Origin: Candidatus Dasytiphilus stammeri
GTDB lineage: Bacteria; Pseudomonadota; Gammaproteobacteria; Enterobacterales; Enterobacteriaceae
Assembly: GCA_045290365.1 (NCBI GenBank)
Contig: CP145882.1
Location: 492,189 to 556,188, forward strand
Reading direction: 5' to 3'
DNA: 64,000 nucleotides
The position numbers were made by a program, and so were the translations under genes. Below, one piece after another: positions 22,737 to 33,089 of this stretch. The first letter of the stretch is position 1; the number at the start of each line of letters is the position of its first letter. The notes beneath the pieces are model-generated. The model searched no databases, had not been told where the DNA came from, and saw only the letters and a list, made by a program, of their open reading frames with translations.

Positions 22737-23777
22737 ATGGATGATATTTTTTCAGATATCGTCTGGAGAGCGATTTTCAGCCTATTTACCGCATTATTTA
22801 TTTCCATGTGGATGGGATCATATTTAATTGTATGGTTAAATAAATTTAAGATAATTCAAATTGTACGTAATTATGGACCAAAATCTCACGCTTGCAAGCA
22901 AGGCACTCCTACTATGGGTGGAGTTATTATTCTTGTAGCAATCAGCATTGCAGTATTATTATGGGCTAATCTTTCTAATCCATATATTTGGTGTGTATTA
23001 TTGGTTTTAGTAAGTTACGGTCTTATTGGATTTATTGATGATTATAGAAAAGTTACAAGCCAAAATAGCCAAGGATTAATTGCTTTTTGGAAATATTTTT
23101 GGCAATCAATAATAGCACTATTAATTAGTCTGATCTTATATCATATGGGTAAAAGTACAGTTGCCACGCAACTGGTAGTACCATTTTTTAAAGATTTAAT
23201 CCCACAAATGGAGATGACGTATTTATTATTAACTTATTTTGTAATAATAGGAACCAGTAATGCTGTAAATTTAACAGATGGTTTAGATGGATTAGCTATT
23301 ATGCCAACTTTATTGGTTGCGGCTGGTCTAGCGTTCATTTCATGGTTAACTAGTAATGTTGATATGGCGGGTGAATTGCATATTCCTTATTTACCTTATG
23401 CTGGAGAACTAATGGTTTGTTGTACTGCCATTATTGGTGCCAGCTTAGGTTTTTTATGGTTTAACACCTACCCAGCTCAACTATTTATGGGAGATGTGGG
23501 ATCTTTAGCCTTAGGTGGTATATTAGGAACAATTGCTGTCCTGTTAAGGGAGGAGTTATTATTATTGTTAATGGGTGGTATATTTGTTATCGAGACACTA
23601 TCGGTAATTTTACAAGTAGGATCATTTAAATTACGTGGTCAGAAAATTTTTCTGATGGCTCCTATTCATCACCATTATGAATTAAAAGGGTGGCCTGAGT
23701 CTAGGATTATAGTAAGGTTCTGGATCATATCGTTGATATTATTATTGATTAGTTTAGCAACCTTCAAGGTACGTTAA
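22737..23777 (+). CDS. mraY: Phospho-MurNAc-pentapeptide translocase
   Basis: It carries [41 protein letters not shown] and [12 protein letters not shown]. See the finding on the in-frame TAG upstream of this start. Confidence 0.93.
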   Translation: MDDIFSDIVWRAIFSLFTALFISMWMGSYLIVWLNKFKIIQIVRNYGPKSHACKQGTPTMGGVIILVAISIAVLLWANLSNPYIWCVLLVLVSYGLIGFIDDYRKVTSQNSQGLIAFWKYFWQSIIALLISLILYHMGKSTVATQLVVPFFKDLIPQMEMTYLLLTYFVIIGTSNAVNLTDGLDGLAIMPTLLVAAGLAFISWLTSNVDMAGELHIPYLPYAGELMVCCTAIIGASLGFLWFNTYPAQLFMGDVGSLALGGILGTIAVLLREELLLLLMGGIFVIETLSVILQVGSFKLRGQKIFLMAPIHHHYELKGWPESRIIVRFWIISLILLLISLATFKVR

Positions 23778-25100
23778 ATGAATGACTATTGCAATAAAAA
23801 CATTGTCATAATTGGACTAGGAATTACCGGAATGTCCTGTATAAATTTTTTTTTATCTCGTGGAGTAATCCCTAGAGTTATGGATACACGTCTTTATCCT
23901 CCAGAAAGAGAAAAACTACCTAATTTTATTGAGTGCTGTTTAGGTTCTTTAAATAAAGAATGGTTACTGTATGCGGATATGATAATTGTTAGCCCTGGAA
24001 TGTCTATGCATCCTTTATTAATTAAATCCGCGAGAACTGGTATAGAAATAATTAGTGATATTGAATTATTTTGTCGTGAAGCACGTGCTCCAATTATTGC
24101 TATAACTGGTACCAATGGCAAAAGTACCGTATCTGTTTTGATTAGCGAGATGGCACGATCTTGTGGTTTGGTCACTGGTGTGGGTGGCAATATTGGACTA
24201 CCAGCTCTAAATTTATTACAACAATCTTACCAATTATATGTTTTAGAACTTTCTAGTTTTCAACTCGAAGCTACTTATAGTCTACATACAAGGGCAGCTA
24301 CAATCTTAAATCTTAGTGAAGATCATAGAGATTATTATTTTAATAAATTTTATAATTATAAAATGGCAAAATTACGTATTTACGACTATGCTGAAGTATG
24401 TATATTCAATGCGGAGGAAAAAAATACAAAACCCATAATACTTAATTCTAACCAAAAATCTGTAAGTTTTGGTATTCATAAAGGAGATTATCATCTAAAT
24501 TTTAATAACGGTAATATTTGGATGTTGGTAAATGGTACTAAAATCTTAAATACCGCAGAAATGAAATTAATTGGACAACATAATTATACTAATGCACTAG
24601 CAGCGTTAGCCATGGCAGATGTAATTGGATTATCTAAAACTTGTAGTATTCAAGCATTAAAAAATTTTACTGGTTTACCTCATTGTTTTCAGTTAGTTTT
24701 TAAAAATAAAGGAATATCTTGGATTAATGATTCGAAGGCTACTAATGTATGCAGTACTATAGCAGCACTTAGAGTTAGTAACTTATTAGTACGCGGAATG
24801 ATTCATTTACTAGTCGGGGGAAATAGTAAATGTGCTGATTTAAAAAATCTATCATCTTATTTGCAAGATGATAGATTGCAGCTTTATTGCTTTGGGCGTG
24901 ACAGAAAAAAATTTGCAAAATTACGACCTAATCCTAGTATTCTCACAAACACAATGGTTGAAGCAATGGAAGATCTTGCTAAGAAGGTCAAACCAGGTGA
25001 TTTAGTTTTACTTTCTCCAGCATGTTCTAGTAAAGACCAATTTAAAGATTTTGCTCATAGAGGCAGAATCTTTACACAACTTGCTAAAATATTAGGATAA
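23778..25100 (+). CDS. murD: UDP-MurNAc-L-Ala--D-Glu ligase
   Basis: It carries IIGLGITG, ITGTNGKSTV and NLSEDH. Its start codon abuts the mraY stop. Confidence 0.94.
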   Translation: MNDYCNKNIVIIGLGITGMSCINFFLSRGVIPRVMDTRLYPPEREKLPNFIECCLGSLNKEWLLYADMIIVSPGMSMHPLLIKSARTGIEIISDIELFCREARAPIIAITGTNGKSTVSVLISEMARSCGLVTGVGGNIGLPALNLLQQSYQLYVLELSSFQLEATYSLHTRAATILNLSEDHRDYYFNKFYNYKMAKLRIYDYAEVCIFNAEEKNTKPIILNSNQKSVSFGIHKGDYHLNFNNGNIWMLVNGTKILNTAEMKLIGQHNYTNALAALAMADVIGLSKTCSIQALKNFTGLPHCFQLVFKNKGISWINDSKATNVCSTIAALRVSNLLVRGMIHLLVGGNSKCADLKNLSSYLQDDRLQLYCFGRDRKKFAKLRPNPSILTNTMVEAMEDLAKKVKPGDLVLLSPACSSKDQFKDFAHRGRIFTQLAKILG

Positions 25101-25223
25101 TGAATGCATAAAACTCTGTCTATCTAGTAATACGGTATTATTGAATGCTATTTATAATTTTTATAAGGTGTACAGAATACGGTGATTTAATTAATAATAG
25201 AGCTAGGATGCGAGGTATTATCA

Positions 25224-26294
25224 TTGATTCCGTCTAGGCGCTTAATAGTCATGGCTGGTGGAACCGGTGGCCATATTTTTCCCGGCATTACGATTGCACA
25301 ATATCTTATGAATCAGGGTTGGAAGATTCTTTGGCTAGGAACTCCCGATCGATTAGAAGCTACCTTAGTACCACAACATGGTATTGAAATTGAATTTATT
25401 CGTATACAAGGCTTACGTGGTAAGGGAATTAAGGGATTTTTAAACAGTTGTCCAAAATTTATCAGTGCAGTACGTAAAGCTTCTCAAATTATAAAATTAT
25501 GGCATCCTAATGTAGTACTGGGAATGGGAGGTTATGTTTCTGGTCCGGGTTGTTTAGCTGCTTGGAGATATGGTATTCCAATAGTTATACATGAACAAAA
25601 TAGTATTGCCGGATTAACTAATCGATGGATCGCCAAAATTGCTAAAATCACACTACAAGCATTTCCAGGAACCTTCAAGAATGCTGTTCTAGTAGGAAAT
25701 CCTATACGCCATAAATTGCATACGTTACCTTCTCCAGAAGTGCGTTTTGTCTGCAGAAAACAATTTCCTCTTCGTATTCTAGTACTAGGCGGTAGTCAGG
25801 GATCACACATTTTAAATTTTACTATCCCAAAATTAGCAATTATTATGGGCAGTAAAATTATAATATGGCATCAAGTTGGCAAACAAGCCTTTGATACTGT
25901 TATGAAATATTATCAACCAGTATATCATACTAAATATCGACTCAATGAATTTATAGAAGATATAGCATTAGCCTATACTTGGGCTGATATAGTAATATGT
26001 CGTTCAGGTGCCATGACGGTCAGTGAAATTGCAGTAGTTGGATTGCCGGCCATTTTTGTCCCTTTTAAACATAATGACAGACAGCAATATTGGAATGCTT
26101 TACCTTTGGAAAGGATTGGTGCTGCTAAAATTTTAGAACAATCAAAATTTACCGCACCATTGGTTGCAGAAATATTGGAAAAATTGGATCGAGTAACATT
26201 ATTAAATATGGCAGTATCAGCGCGTTCTTTAGCTATTCGTGATGCTACTGAACGAATTGCCGCAATAATATGTAAATCTGCCACAAAAGCCTAA
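25224..26294 (+). CDS. murG: Lipid II synthase (UDP-GlcNAc:lipid I GlcNAc transferase)
   Basis: It carries [25 protein letters not shown] and [32 protein letters not shown]. Confidence 0.95.
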   Translation: MIPSRRLIVMAGGTGGHIFPGITIAQYLMNQGWKILWLGTPDRLEATLVPQHGIEIEFIRIQGLRGKGIKGFLNSCPKFISAVRKASQIIKLWHPNVVLGMGGYVSGPGCLAAWRYGIPIVIHEQNSIAGLTNRWIAKIAKITLQAFPGTFKNAVLVGNPIRHKLHTLPSPEVRFVCRKQFPLRILVLGGSQGSHILNFTIPKLAIIMGSKIIIWHQVGKQAFDTVMKYYQPVYHTKYRLNEFIEDIALAYTWADIVICRSGAMTVSEIAVVGLPAIFVPFKHNDRQQYWNALPLERIGAAKILEQSKFTAPLVAEILEKLDRVTLLNMAVSARSLAIRDATERIAAIICKSATKA

Positions 26295-26358
26295 AATAGT
26301 TTTCGAAGATTATCTAAACTATAAAAGACTCACCTAAAAAAGCTGCGTAAAATAGTAA

Positions 26359-27807
26359 ATGAATACTCTAAAATTAGCACCATATTATATAGTTCCTGGA
26401 AAAAATATACACTTTGTAGGTATTGGTGGAGCAGGAATGGGCGCTTTAGCTTACTTATTAGCTAAGGAAGGCTATCAAATTAGTGGTTCCGATCTAGTCC
26501 CCAATACCATGACACAACTTCTGATATCTTTAGGAGCAAAAATATATTTTTATCATCATCCAGCTAACATTAAAAATGCTAGTATAGTGATTTTATCAAC
26601 AGCAATTTCTAATGACAATGTAGAAATTTTGGCAGCTTACAAAGCACGTCTCCCGGTAATTAGAAGAGCAGAAATGTTAGCCGAACTGATGCGTTTTCGT
26701 TACGGAATAGCTATAGCCGGAACACATGGTAAAACTACAACTACAGCTATGATTGTCAGCATCTATGATGAAGCTGGATTAGATCCCACGTTTATTAATG
26801 GTGGATTAGTAAAAGCAGCTGGTACGAATGCTCGGAGGGGCAAAAGTAAATATCTGATTGTAGAAGCTGATGAAAGTGATGCTTCTTTTATACATTTACA
26901 ACCTATGATAACTATTGTTACCAACATTGAAGCAGAACATCTCGATTACTATCAAGGTAATTTTGAAAATCTCAAGAAAACTTTTATGAATTTTTTACAT
27001 AATTTACCTTTTAATGGCAGGGCGATAATATGTCTTGACGATCAAGTGATTCGTCAGATGATACCTCATATAAAACGTAAAATTATAACATATGGCTTCA
27101 ATAAAGAAGCGGATATATGTATTAAAGATTATGAACAACATGGAATCAAAGGACATTTTTCGATTATTCGCAACTCGATACCAAAATTATCCGTAATCTT
27201 AAATGCACCAGGCCGTCATAATGCGCTTAATGCTGCCGCAGCAGTAGCATTGGCTACTCAAGAGGGTATTAATGATAAGATAATTTGTCATGCTCTAGAA
27301 AATTATCCGGGAACCACACGTCGTTTTGATTTGCTAGGTGAATTTGATTTAGAAAATGTTAATGGTACAATAGGGAAGGCATTGTTAATAGATGATTATG
27401 GACATCATCCTAATGAAGTGGAGGTAACTATCCAAGCGGTGAGAGCGAGTTGGCCAGATAAAAGGATTATTATGGTTTTTCAACCACATCGTTATACGCG
27501 GACACGTGATCTTTATAATGATTTCGTTAAAGTACTGTCTCAGGTAGATATTCTATTACTATTAGAAGTCTATCCAGCCGGTGAACAAACTATACCTGGA
27601 ATCAATAGTGATGCATTATGTAGTACTATTAGGGAACAAGGAAAAATACATCCTATATTAGTCTGCGAAAACCATGATTTACCTAAGATCCTTGCTCCAG
27701 TATTAGCGGATAATGATGTTATTCTTACACAAGGAGCAGGAAATATTGGAAATATTGCTCATAATCTAGCTAAAATTAAATTAAATCCAGAGATCAATAA
27801 TGATTGA
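26359..27807 (+). CDS. murC: UDP-MurNAc--L-Ala ligase
   Basis: It carries [20 protein letters not shown] and DDYGHHP. Confidence 0.95.
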   Translation: MNTLKLAPYYIVPGKNIHFVGIGGAGMGALAYLLAKEGYQISGSDLVPNTMTQLLISLGAKIYFYHHPANIKNASIVILSTAISNDNVEILAAYKARLPVIRRAEMLAELMRFRYGIAIAGTHGKTTTTAMIVSIYDEAGLDPTFINGGLVKAAGTNARRGKSKYLIVEADESDASFIHLQPMITIVTNIEAEHLDYYQGNFENLKKTFMNFLHNLPFNGRAIICLDDQVIRQMIPHIKRKIITYGFNKEADICIKDYEQHGIKGHFSIIRNSIPKLSVILNAPGRHNALNAAAAVALATQEGINDKIICHALENYPGTTRRFDLLGEFDLENVNGTIGKALLIDDYGHHPNEVEVTIQAVRASWPDKRIIMVFQPHRYTRTRDLYNDFVKVLSQVDILLLLEVYPAGEQTIPGINSDALCSTIREQGKIHPILVCENHDLPKILAPVLADNDVILTQGAGNIGNIAHNLAKIKLNPEINND

Positions 27808-28720
27808 TAAGGTAGCTGTATTACTAGGTGGTAATTCTGCCGAAAGAGATGTTTCTTTGCGATCTGGTTCAGCAATATTGGTTGGTTTAAAAAATGCTGG
27901 GATTGATGCATATGCAATAGATGTAAGATATTTCTCAGTAATGAGTTTAAAAAAAAAAGGATTTAACAAAGTTTTTATGGCACTTCATGGAAGAGGAGGA
28001 GAAGATGGTATCATCCAGGGGGTGCTAGATTTTATGGAACTTCCTTATACAGGAAGTAAAGTTCTAGCTTCGGCTATTGCCATTGATAAATTGCGTACTA
28101 AATGGTTGTGGAAAGGTATGGGTTTACCAGTGGCTTCTTGGGTAACGGTAAAACAAGAGGATTGCAAACCATATTTGAGCACAACTCTAAGAGAACGTGT
28201 AAGAAATTTATCAATGCCAGTAATAGTAAAACCTAGTAAGGAGGGTTCCAGTATAGGAATAACTAAGGTTAATTATCTTCAAGAACTAGATGTGGCTTTA
28301 AATACCGCATTTTATTATGATAATACAGTATTAGTAGAAAAATGGTTAAGTGGTCCCGAATATACCGCAGTTATTTTAGGAGATAGTGTTTTTCCTACAA
28401 TTAGAATTCAATATTCCGGGAATTTTTATGATTATCAAGCAAAATATTTTTCACAAGATACCAAATATTTATGTCCAAGCGGTTTATCAATAGTTCAAGA
28501 AGCTAATTTAAAAAAATTGGTATTAAAAGCATGGAGCGCTTTAGGCTGTACAGGTTGTGGTCGTGTAGACATTATGCTAGATAATGATGATCATTTCTAT
28601 CTCCTCGAAGTAAATACCTCTCCTGGTATGACTAGTCAAAGTTTAGTTCCTATAGCAGCGCTATCGGTTGGAATAAATTTTTCGCAGCTAGTTAAGTGTA
28701 TCTTAGATCTTGCTGATTAA
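27800..28720 (+). CDS. ddlB: D-alanine--D-alanine ligase
   Basis: It carries [35 protein letters not shown] and [10 protein letters not shown]. It contains an in-frame A10 tract at 27949-27958. Confidence 0.95.
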   Translation: MIDKVAVLLGGNSAERDVSLRSGSAILVGLKNAGIDAYAIDVRYFSVMSLKKKGFNKVFMALHGRGGEDGIIQGVLDFMELPYTGSKVLASAIAIDKLRTKWLWKGMGLPVASWVTVKQEDCKPYLSTTLRERVRNLSMPVIVKPSKEGSSIGITKVNYLQELDVALNTAFYYDNTVLVEKWLSGPEYTAVILGDSVFPTIRIQYSGNFYDYQAKYFSQDTKYLCPSGLSIVQEANLKKLVLKAWSALGCTGCGRVDIMLDNDDHFYLLEVNTSPGMTSQSLVPIAALSVGINFSQLVKCILDLAD

Positions 28721-28912
28721 AAGAGATTTAAAATGGTATATAGTTGATAACATGATGATCAGATCAATAAAAGTACTTTTAAATGCATGAAATCAGTATA
28801 AATTTTTATAGAGACCTGAAATTAATTTTCAGCAAAATGCTCTATAGTGTACCTATTATAACTTAATTATAGAATCTTATGTAAGAGAACATCAGATAGG
28901 TGTTAAATTTTG

Positions 28913-29413
28913 CTAATTATTTTTATTCTTTATATTTATTTTAGCTAAAGCTGCCAATTTTTCTAATGCAGCTTTGATGTTATCCGGACTTTTCATTGCA
29001 ACCTGACGTAACATAGCTGCACTTTTATTACTTAAAGTTCTATATAACATAATATTTTCTGTATGCTCTGGTAAAATCTTTCGGTCATGTGTTAGTCGTT
29101 CCCATGATGGATTTATATAAAAATTGATAGATACTAATGAAGGTAATATTTTAGATCTTAAAATATTAATTAAACTGTGTTGTTCATAAAGTAATCTTTT
29201 CATCCATTTAGCATTTGCTGTTTCAAGTATTAAGGTATTATGACGAAGATTAGCAACCCGGCACCAAGGGTTAAAATATGAAGGAAGTATACTTTTTACT
29301 GCACGATCTAAATTAATCAGTATCATCGCTCTACGTTGTAGAAAATTTAGTATACTGTGCTGTTTAGCATCATCAAAAATCTTTCTAATAGGATATAAAT
29401 TACTATAGCGCAT
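28913..29413 (-). CDS. DUF721/DciA-like protein (putative replicative-helicase loader)
   Basis: The 166-aa ORF is divergent from secA. The core PWCRVANLRHNTLILETANAKWMKRLLYEQHSLINILRSKILPSL fits my recollection of the DciA/DUF721 N-terminal domain, which has a buried Cys-Arg-Val, then a strand, then 'A.W..RLRYE...L...LR'. The call rests on memory of the family pattern, not a search. Confidence 0.6.
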   Translation of the reverse strand: MRYSNLYPIRKIFDDAKQHSILNFLQRRAMILINLDRAVKSILPSYFNPWCRVANLRHNTLILETANAKWMKRLLYEQHSLINILRSKILPSLVSINFYINPSWERLTHDRKILPEHTENIMLYRTLSNKSAAMLRQVAMKSPDNIKAALEKLAALAKINIKNKNN

Positions 29414-29590
29414 AATGTCTTCCCGTCATCGATAGTATTGATTAGGATATCAAAGATAATTAATAATCTTATAAAAATTCCGTCTTTATAAGATTTATAA
29501 ATCTATCAAAAAAAACATAGGTAATTATTATTAATTACAGTAATTTATAATAATTATTATCAAACTATATAATAAAGAGATTGGATTTTT

Positions 29591-32272
29591 ATGTTATTAA
29601 AATTTTTTACTAAAATTTTTGGTACTAGAAATGATCGTATACTTGATCGCATGAATCAACTGGTAGATACAATTAATCTACTAGAAAATAAATTTAGTCA
29701 ACTATCTAATAAAGTACTAAAGGAACAAACGAATCTATTTCGTTTACGTTTAGAAGCGGGAGAAAAGTTAGATAATTTGATTCCAGATGCTTTTGCTACA
29801 GTACGTGAAGCTAGCAAACGGGTTTTTAATATGCGTCATTTTGATGTTCAGTTACTGGGTGGAATCGTATTACATAATCGTTGTATTGCTGAAATGCGTA
29901 CTGGTGAAGGGAAAACCTTGACCGCGACATTACCAGCATACTTAAATGCTCTTACCGGAAAAGGTGTACATATAGTTACTGTTAATGATTATCTCGCTAA
30001 GCGAGATGCTGAGATTAATCGTCCTTTATTTGAATTTCTGGAACTTACCGTTGGCATAAACTTACCAGAAATGTCTACTGCCCAAAAGCAAGTGGCTTAT
30101 GCTGCTGATATTACTTATGGAACTAATAATGAATATGGATTTGATTATCTGCGGGATAATATGATTTTTAATCAAAAAGAACGTGTCCAACGCAAGTTAT
30201 ATTATGCATTGGTTGATGAAGTAGATTCCATACTTATTGATGAAGCACGCACACCTTTAATTATCTCGGGACCTGTGGAGAATAGTTCTGAGCTTTACAT
30301 TCGAGTAAATAATCTTATTCCAAAATTAATTAGACAAGATAAAGAAGATTCGAAGAGCTTCAAAGGTGTTGGACATTTCTTTGTAGATGAAAAATCGCGT
30401 CAAGTTTACTTGACAGAACGTGGTCTAATTTTAATAGAAGAGTGTTTGGTTAAAGAAGGTATTATGAATCAAGGTGAATCACTATATTCATCTTATAATA
30501 TAAGACTAATGCATCATGTTACAGCAGCTTTACGTGCTCATACATTATTTTTTCATAATATAGATTATATTGTAAAAAATGGAGAAATTATTATTGTTGA
30601 TGAACATACAGGTCGTGCTATGTCTGGGAGACGCTGGTCTGATGGTTTACATCAAGCAATAGAAGCTAAAGAAGGGGTACAGATCCATAGTGAAAACCAG
30701 ACCTTAGCTTCGATTACTTTTCAGAATTATTTTAGACTTTATGAAAAATTAGCAGGAATGACCGGCACTGCTAATACAGAAGCATTTGAATTTACTTCTA
30801 TTTATAAATTGGATACCGTTGTAATTCCTACTAATCGGAAAATGATACGTACTGATTTACCAGATTTAGTTTATATAACTGAAAAAGAAAAAATTAATGC
30901 CATTATTCAAGATATCAGAAAACGTACGGCTAATGGTCAACCTGTATTGGTAGGTACTATTTCAATTGAAAAATCAGAAATAATTTCTAGAGAATTAACT
31001 GATTCTGGTATTCTTCATAATGTATTAAATGCTAAATTTCATGCCTATGAAGCAGATATAGTAGCACAAGCTGGTCAGCCAGGAAAAGTAACTATTGCTA
31101 CTAATATGGCGGGACGAGGTACAGATATTGTATTAGGAGGAAATTTACCGTCGGAAATTTCTAAAAAAAAACAACCAGAAGATCTTAAAAATATTAAGAA
31201 TGCTTGGCAAATTCGCCATAATGCTGTAGTTAATGCAGGAGGATTACATATTATCGGAACGGAACGTCATGAATCTAGAAGGATTGATAATCAGCTTAGG
31301 GGGCGATCAGGAAGACAAGGAGATCCTGGGTCTTCTAGATTTTATCTTTCTATGGAAGATACTTTAATGCGTATTTTTGCCTCTGATCGATTATCTAAGA
31401 TCATGCGGAAAATAGGAATCCGATCTGGTGAGGCTATAGAACACCCTTGGGTTACTAAGGCTATTGCTAATGCACAGCGTAAGGTTGAAATTCGTAACTT
31501 TGAAATTCGTAAACAGTTATTGGAATATGATGATGTAGCTAATAATCAACGTCAGGCTATTTATGCACAGCGTAATGAATTACTTGAATCACCAGATGTT
31601 AGTGAAATTATTATTACCATATATGAAGAGGTTTTTAGAAATATTCTGAATAGCTATATTCCCTTCCAATCTATAGATGAAATGTGGAATATTACTAGTT
31701 TAAAAGAACATTTAAAAATTAATTATGATATAGATTTACCGATTGAAGAATGGATCAAAGATAATATCTTTATTTACGAGCAATTAATTGAGCGAATCAT
31801 TTTAAATATAAAAAATATATATCAGCAAAAAAGAAAATGTATTGGAATTGAAGCCATAAGTAATTTTGAAAAAAATTTAGTATTACAAACCTTGGATTGT
31901 TTATGGAAAGAACATCTAGCTGCTATGGATTATCTACGTCAAGGTATTCACTTACGTGGTTATGCGCAAAAAGATCCAATACAAGAATATAAGCGTGAAT
32001 CCTTCACGATGTTTTCTACTATGCTAGAAACAATGAAATATGAAATTGTTAGTATATTATGTAACATTAAGGTGGATCTCAACCAAGGATTAGGATTAAA
32101 TCCTACAATAACTAGTACTAGTAGTAGTAGTAATCAACATCTTACTGAATCTCAACTTAGAGCATCTACATCTAAGAATAATGAGGCGTATAAAATCGGT
32201 CGCAATGATTTATGTCCATGTGGTTCTAATAAAAAATATAAGCGATGTCATGGTCGTGTTCAGTTAATTTAA
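29591..32272 (+). CDS. secA: Preprotein translocase ATPase SecA
   Basis: The 893-aa ORF contains [38 protein letters not shown] and the C-terminal zinc finger [14 protein letters not shown]. Confidence 0.98.
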   Translation: MLLKFFTKIFGTRNDRILDRMNQLVDTINLLENKFSQLSNKVLKEQTNLFRLRLEAGEKLDNLIPDAFATVREASKRVFNMRHFDVQLLGGIVLHNRCIAEMRTGEGKTLTATLPAYLNALTGKGVHIVTVNDYLAKRDAEINRPLFEFLELTVGINLPEMSTAQKQVAYAADITYGTNNEYGFDYLRDNMIFNQKERVQRKLYYALVDEVDSILIDEARTPLIISGPVENSSELYIRVNNLIPKLIRQDKEDSKSFKGVGHFFVDEKSRQVYLTERGLILIEECLVKEGIMNQGESLYSSYNIRLMHHVTAALRAHTLFFHNIDYIVKNGEIIIVDEHTGRAMSGRRWSDGLHQAIEAKEGVQIHSENQTLASITFQNYFRLYEKLAGMTGTANTEAFEFTSIYKLDTVVIPTNRKMIRTDLPDLVYITEKEKINAIIQDIRKRTANGQPVLVGTISIEKSEIISRELTDSGILHNVLNAKFHAYEADIVAQAGQPGKVTIATNMAGRGTDIVLGGNLPSEISKKKQPEDLKNIKNAWQIRHNAVVNAGGLHIIGTERHESRRIDNQLRGRSGRQGDPGSSRFYLSMEDTLMRIFASDRLSKIMRKIGIRSGEAIEHPWVTKAIANAQRKVEIRNFEIRKQLLEYDDVANNQRQAIYAQRNELLESPDVSEIIITIYEEVFRNILNSYIPFQSIDEMWNITSLKEHLKINYDIDLPIEEWIKDNIFIYEQLIERIILNIKNIYQQKRKCIGIEAISNFEKNLVLQTLDCLWKEHLAAMDYLRQGIHLRGYAQKDPIQEYKRESFTMFSTMLETMKYEIVSILCNIKVDLNQGLGLNPTITSTSSSSNQHLTESQLRASTSKNNEAYKIGRNDLCPCGSNKKYKRCHGRVQLI

Positions 32273-32428
32273 ATTGTGAGTTTCATCAGCAGCAATATAA
32301 AGGCATTTTACTTCGTTTAACCATTCTTCTAAATCGATTAACTTACAATGATTACTACAGAAAGGACGCCAGATATTATCTTGATTCCAGATAATTTCTT
32401 TGCTACAGATTGGACATGGAACTTTCAT
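32264..32428 (-). CDS. yacG: DNA gyrase inhibitor YacG (zinc finger), 54 aa
   Basis: This ORF is not in the track because it is under 60 aa. Hand translation gives [54 protein letters not shown]. It has the CPxC...RPFCSxxCxxIDLxxW signature of YacG. Its 3' end overlaps the secA 3' end by 9 nt in convergent orientation. Confidence 0.85.
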   Translation of the reverse strand: MKVPCPICSKEIIWNQDNIWRPFCSNHCKLIDLEEWLNEVKCLYIAADETHNLN

Positions 32429-32436
32429 TATTTTAT

Positions 32437-33044
32437 TCATTTTTGTTCAGCTAAGGCAAGAGATAAATAATATTGATGTAACCTCTTAATTTTTAAAATC
32501 CACATTTCTTTTGATCCATTATTATCAATGACATCATCTGCAATAGCAAGTTTATCTTCTCTTGTAGCTTGCAGAGCAATGATTTTTTCAGCTTGTTGAC
32601 GATTGACCTGGTCACGTAACATAGTCCTAATTAACTGTGTTTCACGATCTACATCAACTACTAATACACGTTGAGCCAATGTATAAATTTTATTTTCTAC
32701 TAATAATGGCACTACCCAGAGACACCACCCCGATCTGCTATTAGCCAATTGAAGGTTAGTTTCATGATCAATTATAGGATGAAGTAAATTATTTAACCAA
32801 ATTTTCTCTTTTGCTGAATAAATAATTATTTGGCGTAATTTAGCTCGATTCAGAGTTCCATCTGGTTTCAAAATACTATTACCAAATTTTTTTTTATTGC
32901 AAAGAGTGCTGGTTTTCCGGGTTCGACGATTTGGCGAGAGATTACATCAGCATCTACTACATCAACCCCTAATTTAGCAAATTCTTGAGCTACAGTAGTC
33001 TTGCCACTGCTAATTCCACCTGTTAAAGCAACTTTATATGGCAT
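32437..33044 (-). pseudogene. coaE: Dephospho-CoA kinase, interrupted by a -1 frameshift in a poly(A) tract
   Basis: The ATG at 33044 gives [53 protein letters not shown].., including the P-loop. This frame runs into a TGA shortly after the A9 tract at 32887-32895. The track ORF 32437-32871 (..KPDGTLNRAKLR...WVVPLLVEN..DDVIDNNG) is the rest of CoaE in the adjacent frame. One extra A would join the two as ..[17 protein letters not shown]... Confidence 0.85.
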
Positions 33045-33089
33045 ATATCTATTCTAATAATTTATCATTAATTTACCTGAACCAATTAT

